Shown here: positions 1-12,710 of the stretch, in pieces
Position numbering within the stretch: the stretch's first letter is position 1
Layout: each line of letters opens with the position of its first letter
Assembly (NCBI RefSeq): GCF_006345805.1
Contig: NC_042997.1
Span: 168,082,001-168,146,000 of the forward strand
Source of the DNA: Octopus sinensis
Taxonomy: Eukaryota
DNA: 64,000 bases
Direction: 5' to 3'
Notes under the pieces: model-generated
What the model saw: the letters and a program-made list of their open reading frames with translations, nothing else
Told to the model about the DNA's origin: nothing
Database searches by the model: none
Position numbers and translations under genes: made by a program

Positions 1-447
1 ACCATTTCAAATCAGTCTTCTTAACCACACGGTCAAACCTCTGCCTATGCATGGCCTGTACCAATGCATTCCTACAAATGTATACACACATAAATTTACA
101 CACACGCATGAACAGACTTTAAACACCAGTGTTGCCCTTCAGTATCTCTAGTGTATGGAAAGGATGAGAAGGATTATGAGTATTTAAGGGTCAACAGAAA
201 GAAATTAATCAGCGTAAATGAAAAATACACCCACCTAACTACCAACATACAATTAATGAGATTGATTTTCTATTAAATAAAAATTCTAATGATGATGACG
301 TATAAACAGTGACTTTCATAGTAATCTTTGAATAAATAAGAATTTCTGTGCAATGGGTGTACTCTGTTTAAATGTGCTTGCGCATGTATGCATGTGTATG
401 TGTGTTTTATATATGTATGTAAGTATGTATGTATGTTGTCCACAGTA

Positions 448-520
<73 letters not shown>

Positions 521-1426
521 TATGCATGAACATATGCATGTGTGTAAATGCACATACACCAACACACAGATAAACACATATTTTTAATTCATTTACATTT
601 TAAAGTAGTAAATCAAGGACAATTAATGAAATTTTTTTAATATAAAAGGTTAAAATGTGAAGTTTGTTACTCTCATCTGATAATTTTTATGTACACATAC
701 ACATTCATGCACACACACACACATTTGATTCCTTTATAAATTCATAAATCTGATTAGTTTCTTTTGATGTGGCAAAATTTATGATTTTAACATTGGTGTC
801 CTTTTACATGTACATACACATATGTATATTATAAAGTTAATGTCATTTAACTAAACTTATTAAACTAAATGATCTTAGTAAAAAAAAAAAATCTTTGTCT
901 TTCAAGAAAAGGATTTGATCACTATTGATCTACACTGCTTTAGAATTCTGAGAAGTATTTCAGCTGGTGGTGAACTGATACCTCACACTGATGGCAAGGC
1001 CATTTAAGCTAAATGAAAGATACTTCACAGAGAATTGTTGGTATGGCAATCCTTAGAGAACAAAGTGAAGCACTAGTTTTGAAAAAGACAGTTCTTAATA
1101 ACAAGAACATGGTACTTACTTCTCTGGATTTTCTCTCATAAAGAATGCCATATGCCATGGTAGACAATGATATCTTGATGTAACACATAACTGCTTGCCA
1201 TCTACAAAACTTTCTTTCAAGAGACTCAAATGAGTCGTTGGAAAAAAAAAAAAAAAAACTTTCTGTTCTTTGCAGACACTGATGTCAAAACAAAGATGAT
1301 CTAATATTTTAGCATCTTGACTTACGCAAGATTCACCACTGCACAATGAAACATTTTTACCTTCTCTCTCTTGCATTCTCAGTTCGAAAATGATGTGTGT
1401 CTGTGTGAGTGTGTATATATATATAT

Positions 1427-1505
<79 letters not shown>

Positions 1506-2239
1506 ATTATAATAAAGGCAAGACATTTTTAAGACATGAAACAGTAGGAAAATGTAGTCAACTGTCTTGCACAGGATACAACACAACATCTGCAGTGGGA
1601 AAGGAAACAGTTACTTAGTGAGTTATCTCACATGGTTATGACAATAATAATGATGATGATGATGATTTCTAACAGACATAAGGCCACAATTTTTTGTGGG
1701 GGAGGGGGTGTAGTCGATTTAATCGACCCCATAGTAATTGACTGGTACTTATTTTATCAACTCTGGAAGAATATAAAGCAAAGTCAACTCCAATAGGATT
1801 TCAAAATAGAATGTGAAGGAATTTAACTATATATGGCAAGGTATTTAGTCATCTGCTTAACCGATTCTGTTATCACCTCACCTTAATAACAACAACAACA
1901 ATAATATTATTAATAATAATAATGATGATAATAATAATAATAATAATAAAATAAATATCAAACATTATAGCCAGAACATCCATAAAAATTTAAAAGAGAA
2001 GATACTCTTAAAATGAAATATATACAAAACATAAATTTCATGAAAAAAAAAAAAAGAAAATATGAAAAAATAAGATAGGATCTATCTATTTTGAACCAGA
2101 TTTCTATTTGGGCTGAAGTTTTCAGGAAGATATCAGCCCAAATATTGAAACTATTGCTGCTCAGCTGAGCTACATATTTTATCAATAGTTTGAGATTTTC
2201 AGTGAAAATATGTTTTCTTCACACACAGACACACACATA

Positions 2240-2348
2240 TATACAAATATTTTCTACATATACATATATTTTATATATATACATATATTTTATACATATA
2301 CATATATTTTATACATATACATATATTTTATACATATACATATATTTT

Positions 2349-2421
<73 letters not shown>

Positions 2422-2445
2422 TACATATATACATATATATATATG
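2240..2445. repeat. Compound (TA)n/(TACA) microsatellite, representative of many TA, CA, CT, CAT and TAA tracts in the window
   Basis: Direct inspection. Confidence 0.95.
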
Positions 2446-2768
2446 GATAGGTATTTATGTGTAGCTGTGCTTTATGGCAGTGACAAAGCTAGTTGTACAC
2501 TCTTTGAGATCAGTAGCTGCCTTCATTGAAGTTGGCTTTACAAAATTGTGTTTTTCCAGCATTGATCTGAAAAAAAGGAAAATAGAAAACCTAAGTAACT
2601 AATTCAGAGATATCATATGTATGAATAACAATAGTCAAATTAGTATTACCATTTAATGAAGGGACCATTCAAAAGCCAGCTAAATGTATATATTTTATGG
2701 GGATAATGGAACACCCCTACACCCCTCCCACGTGACGAGTGGTATGTGGGGCTCGCTATAAATACTTT

Positions 2769-5052
2769 CATCATCATCATCATCATCATCATTTAGCGTC
2801 CGTTCTCCATGCTAGCATGGGTTGGACGGTTCAACTGGGGTCTGGGGAGCCCGAAGGCTGCACCAGGCCAGTCAGATCTGGCAGTGTTTCTACAGCTGGA
2901 TGCCCTTCCTAACGCCAACCACTCCGAGAGTGTAGTGGGTGATTTTATGTGCCACCGACACAGGTGCCAGACGAGGCTGGCGAACGGCCACGCTCGGATG
3001 GTGTTTTTATGTGCCACCGACACAGGTGCCAGACGAGGCTGGCAGACGGCCACGCTCGGATGGTGTTTTTATGTGCCACCGACACAGGTGCCAGATGAGG
3101 CTGGCAGGTGCCAGACGAGGCTGGCAGACGGCCACGCTCGGATGGTGTTTTTATGTGCCACCGACACAGGTGCCAGATGAGGCTGGCGGACGGCCACGAT
3201 CGGATGGTGTTTGTTACGTCCCCAAAGCACGGAGGCCAGTCTATGCGGTACTGGCTACGGCCACGTTCGGATGATTTTCTTGTGTGCCACCGGCACTGGT
3301 ACCACAAAGATACAAATTCCATTTATGTTCATCTATTTTGATTTGTTTTGATTTGATTTGATTTTCACTTGCCTCAACAGGTCTTCACAAGTGTCACTTG
3401 CCTCAACAGGTCTTCACAAGTGTCACAAGAAGGAAGGTATGCACAGGTGGACTGTCTGCGTCGCCGGTCTTCGGATGGTGTCTTTATGTGCCACCGACAC
3501 AGGTGCCAGATGTGGCTGGCGAACGGCCACGATCGGATGGTTTTCTTGTGTGCCACCGGTACTGGAACCACAAAGATACAATTCCATTGATGTTCATCTA
3601 TTTTGATTTGGTTTGATTTTCACTTGCCTCAACAGGTCTTCACAAGTGTCACGCGTGTCACACACTTGCCTCAACAGGTCTCCACAAGTGTCACACACTT
3701 GCCTCTGCCTCAACAGGTCTTCACAAGTGTCACACACTTGCCTCTGCCTCAACAGTCTTCACAAGTGTCATAAGGGAAGGTATGCACAGGTGGACTGACT
3801 ACGTCGCCGGGTCTTTGGATGGTGTTTTTATGTGCCAACCGACACAGGTGCCAGGTGAGGCTGGCGAACGGCCACGATCAGATGGTGTTTGTTGTGCCCA
3901 CAGCACGGAGGCCAGTCGATGCGGTACCAGCTACGGCCACTTCGGATGGTTTTCTTGTGTGCCACCGTTACTGGAACCACAAAGATACAATTCCATTGAT
4001 ATTCATCTATTTTGATTTGGTTTGATTTTCACTTGCCTCAACAGGTCTTCACAAGTGTCACACACTTGCCTCAACAGGTCTTCACAAGTGTCATAAGAGG
4101 GAAGGTATGCACAGGTGGACTGACTACGTCGCCGGGTCTTCGGATGGTGTCTTTATGTGCCACCGCACAGGTGCCAGATGAGGCTGGCGAACGGCCACGA
4201 TCGGATGGTATGGTGTTTTTATGTGCCACCGACACAGGTGCCAGATGAGGCTGGCAGGTGCCAGACGAGGCTGGCAGACGGCCACGCTCGGATGGTTTTT
4301 TATGTGCCACCGACACAGGTGCCAGATGAGGCTGGCGGACGGCCACGATCGGATGGTGTTTGTTACGTCCCCAAAGCACGGAGGCCAGTCTATGCGGTAC
4401 TGGCTACGGCCACGTTCGGATGATTTTCTTGTGTGCCACCGCACTGGTACCGCAAAGATACAAATTCCATTTATGTTCATCTATTTTGATTTGTTTTGAT
4501 TTGATTTGATTTTCACTTGCCTCAACAGGTCTTCACAAGTGTCACTTGCCTCAACAGGTCTTCACAAGTGTCACAAGAAGGAAGGTATGCACAGGTGGAC
4601 TGTCTGCGTCGCCGGGTCTTCGGATGGTGTCTTTATGTGCCACCGACACAGGTGCCAGATGTGGCTGGCGAACGGCCACGATCGGATGGTTTTCTTGTGT
4701 GCCACCGGTACTGGAACCACAAAGATACAAATTCCATTGATGTTCATCTATTTTGATTTGGTTTGATTTTCACTTGCCTCAACAGGTCTTCACAAGTGTC
4801 ACGCGTGTCACACACTTGCCTCAACAGTCTCCACAAGTGTCACACACTTGCCTCTGCCTCAACAGGTCTTCACAAGTGTCACACACTTGCCTCTGCCTCA
4901 ACAGGTCTTCACAAGTGTCATAAGAGGGAAGGTATGCACAGGTGGACTGACTACGTCGCCGGGTCTTTGGATGGTGTTTTTATGTGCCACCGACACAGGT
5001 GCCAGGTGAGGCTGGCGAACGGCCACGATCAGATGGTGTTTGTTGTGCCCAC
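2769..5052 (-). mobile_element. Sister RTE LINE copy truncated inside the 3' UTR tandem array (no ORF)
   Basis: Same (CAT)n tail, terminal segment and modules as 59733-61480. The first ~850 nt are nearly identical by eye. Confidence 0.88.
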
Positions 5053-6438
5053 GACATAGGAAATTGAGGAGAGTGTCAGTCAAGATACTTGTCTAACTAA
5101 CTATACTGCTATACTGGAGTGGACGTTATAACAGTCCAACAGAGGATTACAACAATATATAATATTCTTTTCACTTTGTGAAATGAGTAAAGGAACTCCT
5201 AGCAACTTTTAGTCTAATTTTGCTTTCATTAGCATAGCCATTATGATTCTCACCAAAGTGGTACTGAAAGAACAGTACAAGATAAATAACAATATGCTTA
5301 AGCATTTGATAAAAAAGTGAAGAGGAATGGGGTGCATGTGTTACAGGTCTGCCAATAATATTATGTCTACGCGTTTAGTCATTGCCTTGGAAGTGTGGGC
5401 TTCTTTCAGTCTTTATCAATCAAATTTATTCACAAGGCTTTGATCAGCCTCGGGTTACAGTAGAAGACACTTGCCCAAGGTACCATGCAGTGGGACTGAA
5501 CCTAAAACCATGTGGTTGTGAAGCAAACTTCTTGACAAACCATACTTGCAGCTATGGCCATACCTGCATCTATAATTCTGTCTGCATTTATCAAAGAATC
5601 TAAAGAGAATTGGGAAGTTAATAGTGGATCATAGAGCTGGAATGGGGGAGTGAAAACAAAAGATGAGTGGAGATAAGCTACTGTGCAGTCCAGTCGATTT
5701 CGTAGAGAAGATAAATGTTATGATGCAGCTCATTATGTTGCCTAACATCACAAATACTCCTTTACAAATCAGTAGCTTTCTGTAACATTTCCCACTATAG
5801 CACAAGAATTGATACTCTTGATAGCATTCAAAAGCATTTGCTGCATCTACTAACTTGTTTTATACCATATTCCTCATTTGTTAACAAAGCTGCTAGTAAC
5901 ACATATAGTTTTGCTTAGCCTAACTCTCCACTGGAACTTGTTGCTCAGCTCATCACTTTCCCACTACAACATCAACTAGTAATTTAGCCACTTTTTAAAC
6001 TGTATTCCTTTTCAGATATTACTTCTTTCTACAAATCTTACAAATAATACATTTGTATAATTCTTGAGGCTTCTTGAATGTAAATGTGTAAGACAAATGG
6101 GGTTGTGATGATCGTACATTTCCTAAGAGTGTTAGCATCATAAGAGAAATGATATAAATCAAAATTAGGAATTCCAACAGAAACAAAAGTCCATCTTGCC
6201 CAAAGTTGACCTCTATATACTCTATAGACATCATATTATGCAGTAATTGAAATTATAATTATTATTAAACCTCCTTTTTCATTTTTCTACTCTGCTGAGT
6301 TTTAGAAAAAAAAGATAGCAAAACTTGAGGGTCTTTTTATTTTTTTTTGAAATGCCAAAAATCAAATAAAAAAACCAAGACAATGCTGATCAAGATCAAC
6401 AATTAGCAATTTAAAACCAAACAAAAGTAAAAACAAAG

Positions 6439-6586
6439 TTACCAGCTTTTCACAGATTTTCTTTTCCAACAGTCCGGGTGTATTTTCTTGAGCTGTTCAG
6501 CCAAATATTTTGCTTCTTCAGCAAAGACATTGCGTTCCTCAGTTTTCATTTTCTTCCACCTGTCTCCCAGCATAACACTGATGGCT
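6439..6586 (-). CDS. HBP1: HBP1-like last coding exon: second half of HMG box and stop
   Basis: Acceptor ctttctactttAG. Reads (R)AISVMLGDRWKKMKTEERNVFAEEAKYLAEQLKKIHPDCWKRKSVKSW then TAA (6441-6439). HBP1 has AISVILGDRWKKMK...PDCWKRK. Confidence 0.95.
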
Positions 6587-7247
6587 CTAAAGTAGAAAGG
6601 AAATCAAAATATGACATTTACTAATACTTCAGTTAATGTAGTAATTCTTCATCCAAGTGGTATTTAGGGTTCAACTGTTTGCCACATGTTCTATTTGAAT
6701 AAGAAACAAGGAATCTGTCAGCCAATTCATGTTAATTTTGAAGGTTTATCTTATAATTGTTTGTAACTTTAAAAAATGATATTAAAAAAGTCACAACAAT
6801 ATAGCTATAGCCTCTAAATATAAATGTTAACAGGTTAGAGTACTAAAAAATAATTTGATGATTCAAACTGACCATAAATTGCTCTGCTTTCAATCAGTAT
6901 AAGAAATATATGATTAGTGTCATTATAAATAGAGAAGCCGAAAATATAAATTTCAGGAGTTGGAGTGTAAGCCAAAGGTTCTGTATACTGACACCACAAG
7001 AAACTGCAACCCATAACTGTCCACACAACATTGAAAGCCATACATTATGCCCACCTGGTTACATCCAATCAAACACAATATGTACAGATTGTTACAATGC
7101 AACTAGTACATTTACAAACACTACCCATCCATAGGTCTTAACTGCTACACTGTACTCCACATAACCCAGCTATGCATGGCTTTTAACCTCAGACAAATGT
7201 GACATTTACATTATTTGGTGTGATATATATATATATATACATATATG

Positions 7248-7560
7248 TCATCATCATCGCCATCATCATCATTTAATGGGTTGGACAATTTGACATGGAA
7301 CTGGCTAGCAAAGTTGTTCAGACTCGATTGTCTGTTGTGGCATGGTTTCTACAGCTGGATGCCTTTCCTAACACCAGCCACATCGCAGAGTGAACTGGGT
7401 GCTTTTTATGTACCACTGGCACAAGTGTGTTTACACAGCTCAGGCACAGGTGCATTAATACAGCACTAGCACAGGTGTGTTGACACAGCACCAGCACCTG
7501 AAAGGACAAGCTTGTATGTGTGGAAGACAATGATTTTACTTAGCTTGATGCATCTTATCA
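7248..7560 (-). mobile_element. RTE-type 3' tail variant with ~25-bp units
   Basis: (CAT)n, ctacagctggatgcctttcctaac, then three gcacaggtgtgttgacacagc-like units. Confidence 0.65.
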
Positions 7561-7624
7561 ATTACGGCAAACTGCTACATCTCCCGGTCCCTTGTCATAT
7601 ATATATCTATATATATATCTGTTT

Positions 7625-7836
7625 CTTTATTACCCACAAGGGGCTAAACATAGAGGGGACAAACAAGGACAGACAAAGGGATTAAGTCAAGTACATTGAC
7701 CCCAGTGCGTAATCGACCCCGAAAGGATGAAAGGCAAAGTCGACCTCGGCGGAATTTGAACTCAGAACGTAACGACAGACGAAATATGGCTATGCATTTC
7801 GCCTGGCGTGCTAACGTTTCTGCCAGGTCGCCACCT
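7625..7836 (-). mobile_element. tRNA-derived SINE family 1 (best copy)
   Basis: Minus strand GGTGGCGACCTGGCAGAAACGTTAGC...GAGTTCAAATTCC (A/B-box-like), then CCTTTCATCCTTTCGGGGTCGAT. Other copies lie near 1680, 11930, 18090(+), 28560, 29915, 34100(+), 42604, 51620 and 56780. Confidence 0.8.
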
Positions 7837-7917
7837 TATATATCTATATATATATATATCATCATCATCTTCTCTCTCCCTCTCTCTCTCTCTGTATATA
7901 TATATATATATACATGT

Positions 7918-8130
7918 GATCTCTTGAGCACCACCAGCAAAAATATCTTTTCCTCTGTCTTCCCTTCTTGGGATCTTTCCTTCTCCTTGTTTCCGACGAA
8001 GAGCTCTGCTCGAAACGTTAAACCCTCCTTCCCTTCTTTCCTGAGCGTCAATAATACTTTAATTGTTCCACGTCCTCGCGTTGCTGTGTTTTTTTCTCTT
8101 TTTTTTCTGTGTTTTCTTGTTTGGATTAAC
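7918..8130 (+). mobile_element. Penelope-like element terminal repeat (solo), TA-flanked
   Basis: Pyrimidine-rich ~210-nt unit between (TA)n tracts that carries a minimal hammerhead motif typical of PLE terminal repeats. Confidence 0.55.
7989..8023 (+). ncRNA. Minimal type I hammerhead ribozyme motif (U4C variant)
   Basis: GTTT-CCGACGA-A-GAGC(TCT)GCTC-GAAA-CG-TT-AAAC gives helix I GUUU/AAAC, helix II of 4 bp, palindromic helix III ACGU and a GUU cleavage triplet. The core deviates from CUGANGA at position 4. Confidence 0.6.
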
Positions 8131-8433
8131 TATATATATATATATATATATATAGTATTTTGATTAAGTGAATCGTTTGAGTAGTTACATCTGAGCTATC
8201 TGATGATGGTTTCAAGATGTGGTAAAGAACTTTGGAGAAAAAGTATTTCATTGCTTGATGCTTGTACCTCGACTCCTTGCATCATCAGAGACATCAGCAT
8301 TTACCTGGAAAGGTGATGTCAACATCAACAATGAACTATGAACACATTTCCAAATAACAGACAACATAATGCTCATTGCAGAAACATTACATCAGCTGCA
8401 GACCATACTGACAGCAACCTCAAAATAAACCTC

Positions 8434-9835
8434 TTCCTCCTCGTTTAACGTTCATTTTCCATGCTGGCATGGGTTGAATGGTTTGACTGAGGTCTGGAGA
8501 TCCAGTGGCTACACCAGTCTCCAATCTGATCTGGCAATGTTTCTACAGTTGGATGCCCTTCCTAACATCAACCACTCTGAGAGTGTAGTGGGTGCTTTTT
8601 ATGTGCTACCTGCACAGGAGCCAGTCAGGCAGGCCTGGCATCAATCACGTTCGGATAGTGCTCTTGATGTGCCACTGGCACTGGGGCCAGTCAGGGGGTA
8701 CTGGCATCAGCCACGTTCAGTTGGTGCTTTTCATGTGCCACCGGCATGAGAGCCAGTTAAGGGGTACTGATACCGGCCACATTCAGATGGTGATTTTTAT
8801 GTACCACCAGTATGGGAGCCAGTCAGGCGGACCTGGCATCAACCATGTTCAGATGCTGCTTTTTACATGCCACCAGCATGGGAGCCAGTCAGGGCATACT
8901 GGCCAGAGCTACAATATTGGTTTTACTTGACTTAACAGATCTTCTCAAGCATATCATATCGCACGACGCATCAGGAGTACATTTACTGGGTTGGACATGC
9001 ATGGCTGTGATCTCACTTTAGTAGCCGGGTCTTTTCAATGACAGCATATCTCCAAAAGTCTCGGTCTCCTGTAATTGCCTCTGTGAGGCCCAATGTTCAA
9101 AGGTCATGCTTCACCATCTCATCCCATGTCTTCCTGGGTCTACCTTTTCCACAGGTTCCTTCCACAGTTAGGGAGTAGCACGTCCTCACACAGCTGTCCT
9201 CATCCATACATAACACATGACCATACCAGCAGTCATCTCTCTTGCACATCACATTTGATGCTTCTTATACCCAACTTTTCTCTCAGGGTGCTTACACTCT
9301 GTCGTGTATGCACACTGACATTACACATCCAGCTGATAATACTAGCTTCATTTCTTTCAAGCCTTCGCATGTCCTCAGCAGTCATGGCCCATGTTTCACT
9401 GTCATGTAGCATGGTAGTTCACAGACATGCATCATACAGTCTACCTTTTATCCTGAGCGAGAGGCCCTTAGTTGTTAGCAGAGGTAGGAGCTCCCTGAAC
9501 TTTGCCCTGGCTATTCTTATTCTAGCCGCTACACTCTCAGAGTAACCACCCCCACTACAGACTTGGTTGCCTAGGTAACGGAAACTATTAACTACTTCTA
9601 GTTTTTCCCCCTGGCATGTGATGGAATCTGTTTTCTGTACATTTTCTATTGCCCCTGTGCATCTGCTACACACAAAAACTATTTTGCTGCACCTTTTATG
9701 TGTCCATAGCTTACACCGGGTACATCATAAGGAGTTTCTACCCACACCTTTTCTACAGATCGAGCAGAGCCATCAACTTGAAGGAGTTTGTGGTTTGACA
9801 GCCTTCCTACTTACTAAGACTGGTTTTTGCTAGGT
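8434..9835 (-). mobile_element. Older RTE LINE 3' fragment (degenerate RT plus 3' UTR with ~60-bp minisatellite)
   Basis: ORF 9419..9673 (-) EKLEVVNSFRYLG...KFRELLPLLTTKGLSLRIKGRLYDAC is homologous to the 61503 ORF. About five ~60-nt units lie at 8590-8900, followed by the shared terminal segment. Confidence 0.85.
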
Positions 9836-9844
9836 TGACCCTAA

Positions 9845-10440
9845 GGCACATGGAAACAAAATATATGCTGTCCGAAAACATAGCACAATACCTTATAGAG
9901 GTAGGAAGTGATGAAATTTGAAGTGAAGGAATATGTCTACTTAGAACATGCCTGAATGCTGAAATCTTGTGGAGAGTAAAAACAGGATGGAAGATGTTAG
10001 CCTTGCTTAAAGATGTGCTCAAAGTAAACCATCCTACTTATGCTCATATATGCAAGTGAAACATAGGCTACAACAAAAAACAAACAAACAACAACTAGCT
10101 ATGACATGGAAGGTCATGGAAAAATCCATGCTAGGAATATCATTGCAGGAGTATATCCAAAATGAGACAATTCAAGAAAGGAGTAGAATGAATGATGCGA
10201 TCATGTAACACCAAAAGCAGACGTTTTGCTGGACCAAACATGTCTCAAAGTTAAGACAACAGGTGAACCCATGCAGTTGTTGAATGGTATCCAAGAGATC
10301 AAAAGAGAACACTCGGAAAACTTCGAAGACAATGGGAAGATGACATTGTCACATAATTAGGACCCAAATGGAAGAGAAGGATACAATCAAGAGAGGAATG
10401 GAAGCACATTGTAACTAGCAATATATTGGGACATCTGATA
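9845..10440 (+). mobile_element. Degenerate RTE-type LINE RT C-terminus (different family)
   Basis: Remnant MEKSMLGISLQEYIQNETI...VEWYPRDQKR...RQWEDDI with stops. Confidence 0.55.
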
Positions 10441-10649
10441 ATCTGGTTGACAAAGCAATAAGGCAACATTTGAGCTATACTTTTGACTGAACAAGAGTGA
10501 CTAGAAGGAGCTATTCAATATCATCACTACCACTGCTGCAAATAACAACAATAACATCAAAACACTGTATACTATAATTGCACAAGAAGCTTTAAGGTTA
10601 ATAATGATAGGTTTTCTGCTAGTAATGAAAAATAAACAGTTGCTTTTAC

Positions 10650-10801
10650 CTGTTATCTCTCCCAGGGTACATCTGGGTATATTCCAATCGGTTTTTCTTA
10701 GCAAAAAGCATAAATCCATTCATCGGTCGTTTGGCTTTTAAAGAGTCAGTTTTGACAACAGGCGGTTTTTTAGCTTGATTTTCTTCAAGATCTCGACGTT
10801 G
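10650..10801 (-). CDS. HBP1: HBP1-like exon: first half of HMG box
   Basis: Acceptor ccatttacAG, donor AG|GTAAAA. Reads QRRDLEEN...KRPMNGFMLFAKKNRLEYTQMYPGRDN(R), an HBP1-type HMG box. Confidence 0.95.
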
Positions 10802-11382
10802 CTGTAAATGGAAATTAAAAAATGAAATAGTCAAATGTGAGAAAAAAAAAGAAGAAATGGAATAATTTATCTAACTTTTACTAGTTTCCCTTAAAATATT
10901 GGAAACAAGACTTACAATGGCTGTAAATTTACTACTGACCACTATGGTCATGAGTTTAACTCTTTAACATTTGAACTGACCACATCCAACCGAATTCTAC
11001 CTGTTTTATATTCAAACTGGCCAGGTCTGACCTCTCACACCTCTCATTCTAAAAATCTTAAAGATATGAGGTCACACATAATTAATTCAAAACAATATGA
11101 ATAAATAAGTATTACATTTGACAAAGTAATCTAAATGTGAAATTTAATTTTGTCACTGTCTTCTAAGTCTTGATAACATGTAACTCTGTTTTCTTCAGTT
11201 TGGTTAGCTACCAACAACTTATACTTCAGTATAACTAAGATATAAGTTATAGTTATACTTAAGAATAAGTTCTACTTATATTTCATACAAGAGTAGTTTA
11301 CATAAAGAGTAATATTAGGCAGGGATCTCTGTCATTTGATGACGAGGAATCAGTTGATCAATCAACTGAATTACCTGTTCCT

Positions 11383-12249
11383 AAAGACTGAGTTTTTATT
11401 AGTTACTGAAGTTGTGTTGTGTCACTAGACAATGTACTTACCTCTCAACAACCTAGACTACTTAACTGAACATTCCACAGACATGCACACTCAAAGTAAT
11501 TCATAGGCAGAATCAGTGTGACACAGACAAGGTTGTGTCCTTTGGATTACAGATATAATCCACCTGATGGGTTTCAATTGAGTTTCCATCTATCCAATTT
11601 CACTCACTTGGTATGAGTCAACCAAAAGCTATAGAAATTGAAATGGCATTGACACAAGAGTCCACAAAGTGGGACCGAACTCAAGATCATGAGATAGTGA
11701 AGCAAAATCTTGATTCATTAAGCCAATCTACACATCATCATCATCAAGTGTTTAAAACAACTGCTTCAACAAAAACCATTCCAACGATGTTATCATGGAA
11801 GAATGAATGTTGAATAATAAAGTAATAAAAAGGATGGCACCATAAGAATACTTTTGTGTTAACAATTAGTTTTGATATAGAATTGGTTAATATTGGCATT
11901 GAAATAAAACTAGTTTTGGAGTAGTGCATGGTCAGCTAAATCAACTTCAGTGTTTGACTGGTACTTATTTTATCAATTCCATGAAGAATGAAAGTTAAGT
12001 CAACCCCAGTAGGATTTGAACTCAGACAAAAAGGACATGACTAATTGCTATAATGCATTTAACCTGGTCCACTATTGTTTCTCATATACTACTATCCTCA
12101 ATTTGGTAAATATCAAGGACTACATCTGAAGTCATAGCCAAGTTAATAAGATGCTGACAAGCTGAAAGACTGAGTTTTTATTAGTTACTGAAGTTGTGTT
12201 GTGTCACTAGACAATGTACTTACCTCTCAACAACCCAGACTACTTAACT
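11383..12249. repeat. 85-bp direct repeat pair (11383-11467 and 12165-12249)
   Basis: 84/85 identical by inspection. Confidence 0.9.
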
Positions 12250-12625
12250 ATGAATAGTATCTATGTATAGATACAAAATACTGCTGTAAGTAGCAGGTGT
12301 ACTTTATAAGTGAAAAATGTCATCAGTACTAGGTTAAAGCACACAATCTACTGGCATACCTAATCAAGAGAAATACATCTCTCAGCCACTTAGGTGTATG
12401 AAAGACGAGATAACTTCCTAACAAGATATTTCTCAGCGACAGGTAACAAACACAAGAATTTATGGAGAAAGATCTTGCGCAAATTAGGTTCAATTAATAG
12501 TTCCACAACCCATGTCATCAGAACTCAAGTTGTTCACAAATATTAGATGCAAGTTGGTTTCAGCACAAGATATAAACTGAGGATTACACTCAAGATTATC
12601 AAAACTATCAACGTCTTAAACAAAG

Positions 12626-12710
<85 letters not shown>

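Noticed and set aside
273-2464. YIYI/HTHT-rich ORFs (also near 36800-37350, 47560-48020 and 50540-50820)
   Set aside because: They are translations of (TA)n and (CA)n microsatellites.
3363-3421. Hammerhead resemblance of module D on the minus strand (GUGAAGA-CCU GUUG AGG-CAAG)
   Set aside because: Both C3 and the essential G12-A13-A14 are absent, so it is kept only as a hairpin.
2769-5052. CRISPR-like repeat/spacer array
   Set aside because: The context is eukaryotic, there are no cas genes, and the apparent spacers are homologous to each other. The sister copy is contiguous with an RTE ORF, so this is a LINE 3' UTR.
2793-5083. Many overlapping 60-130 aa Cys/His-rich ORFs (also 59754-61394)
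   Set aside because: They are open in several frames on both strands because of repeat periodicity, and show no domain motifs or splice context.
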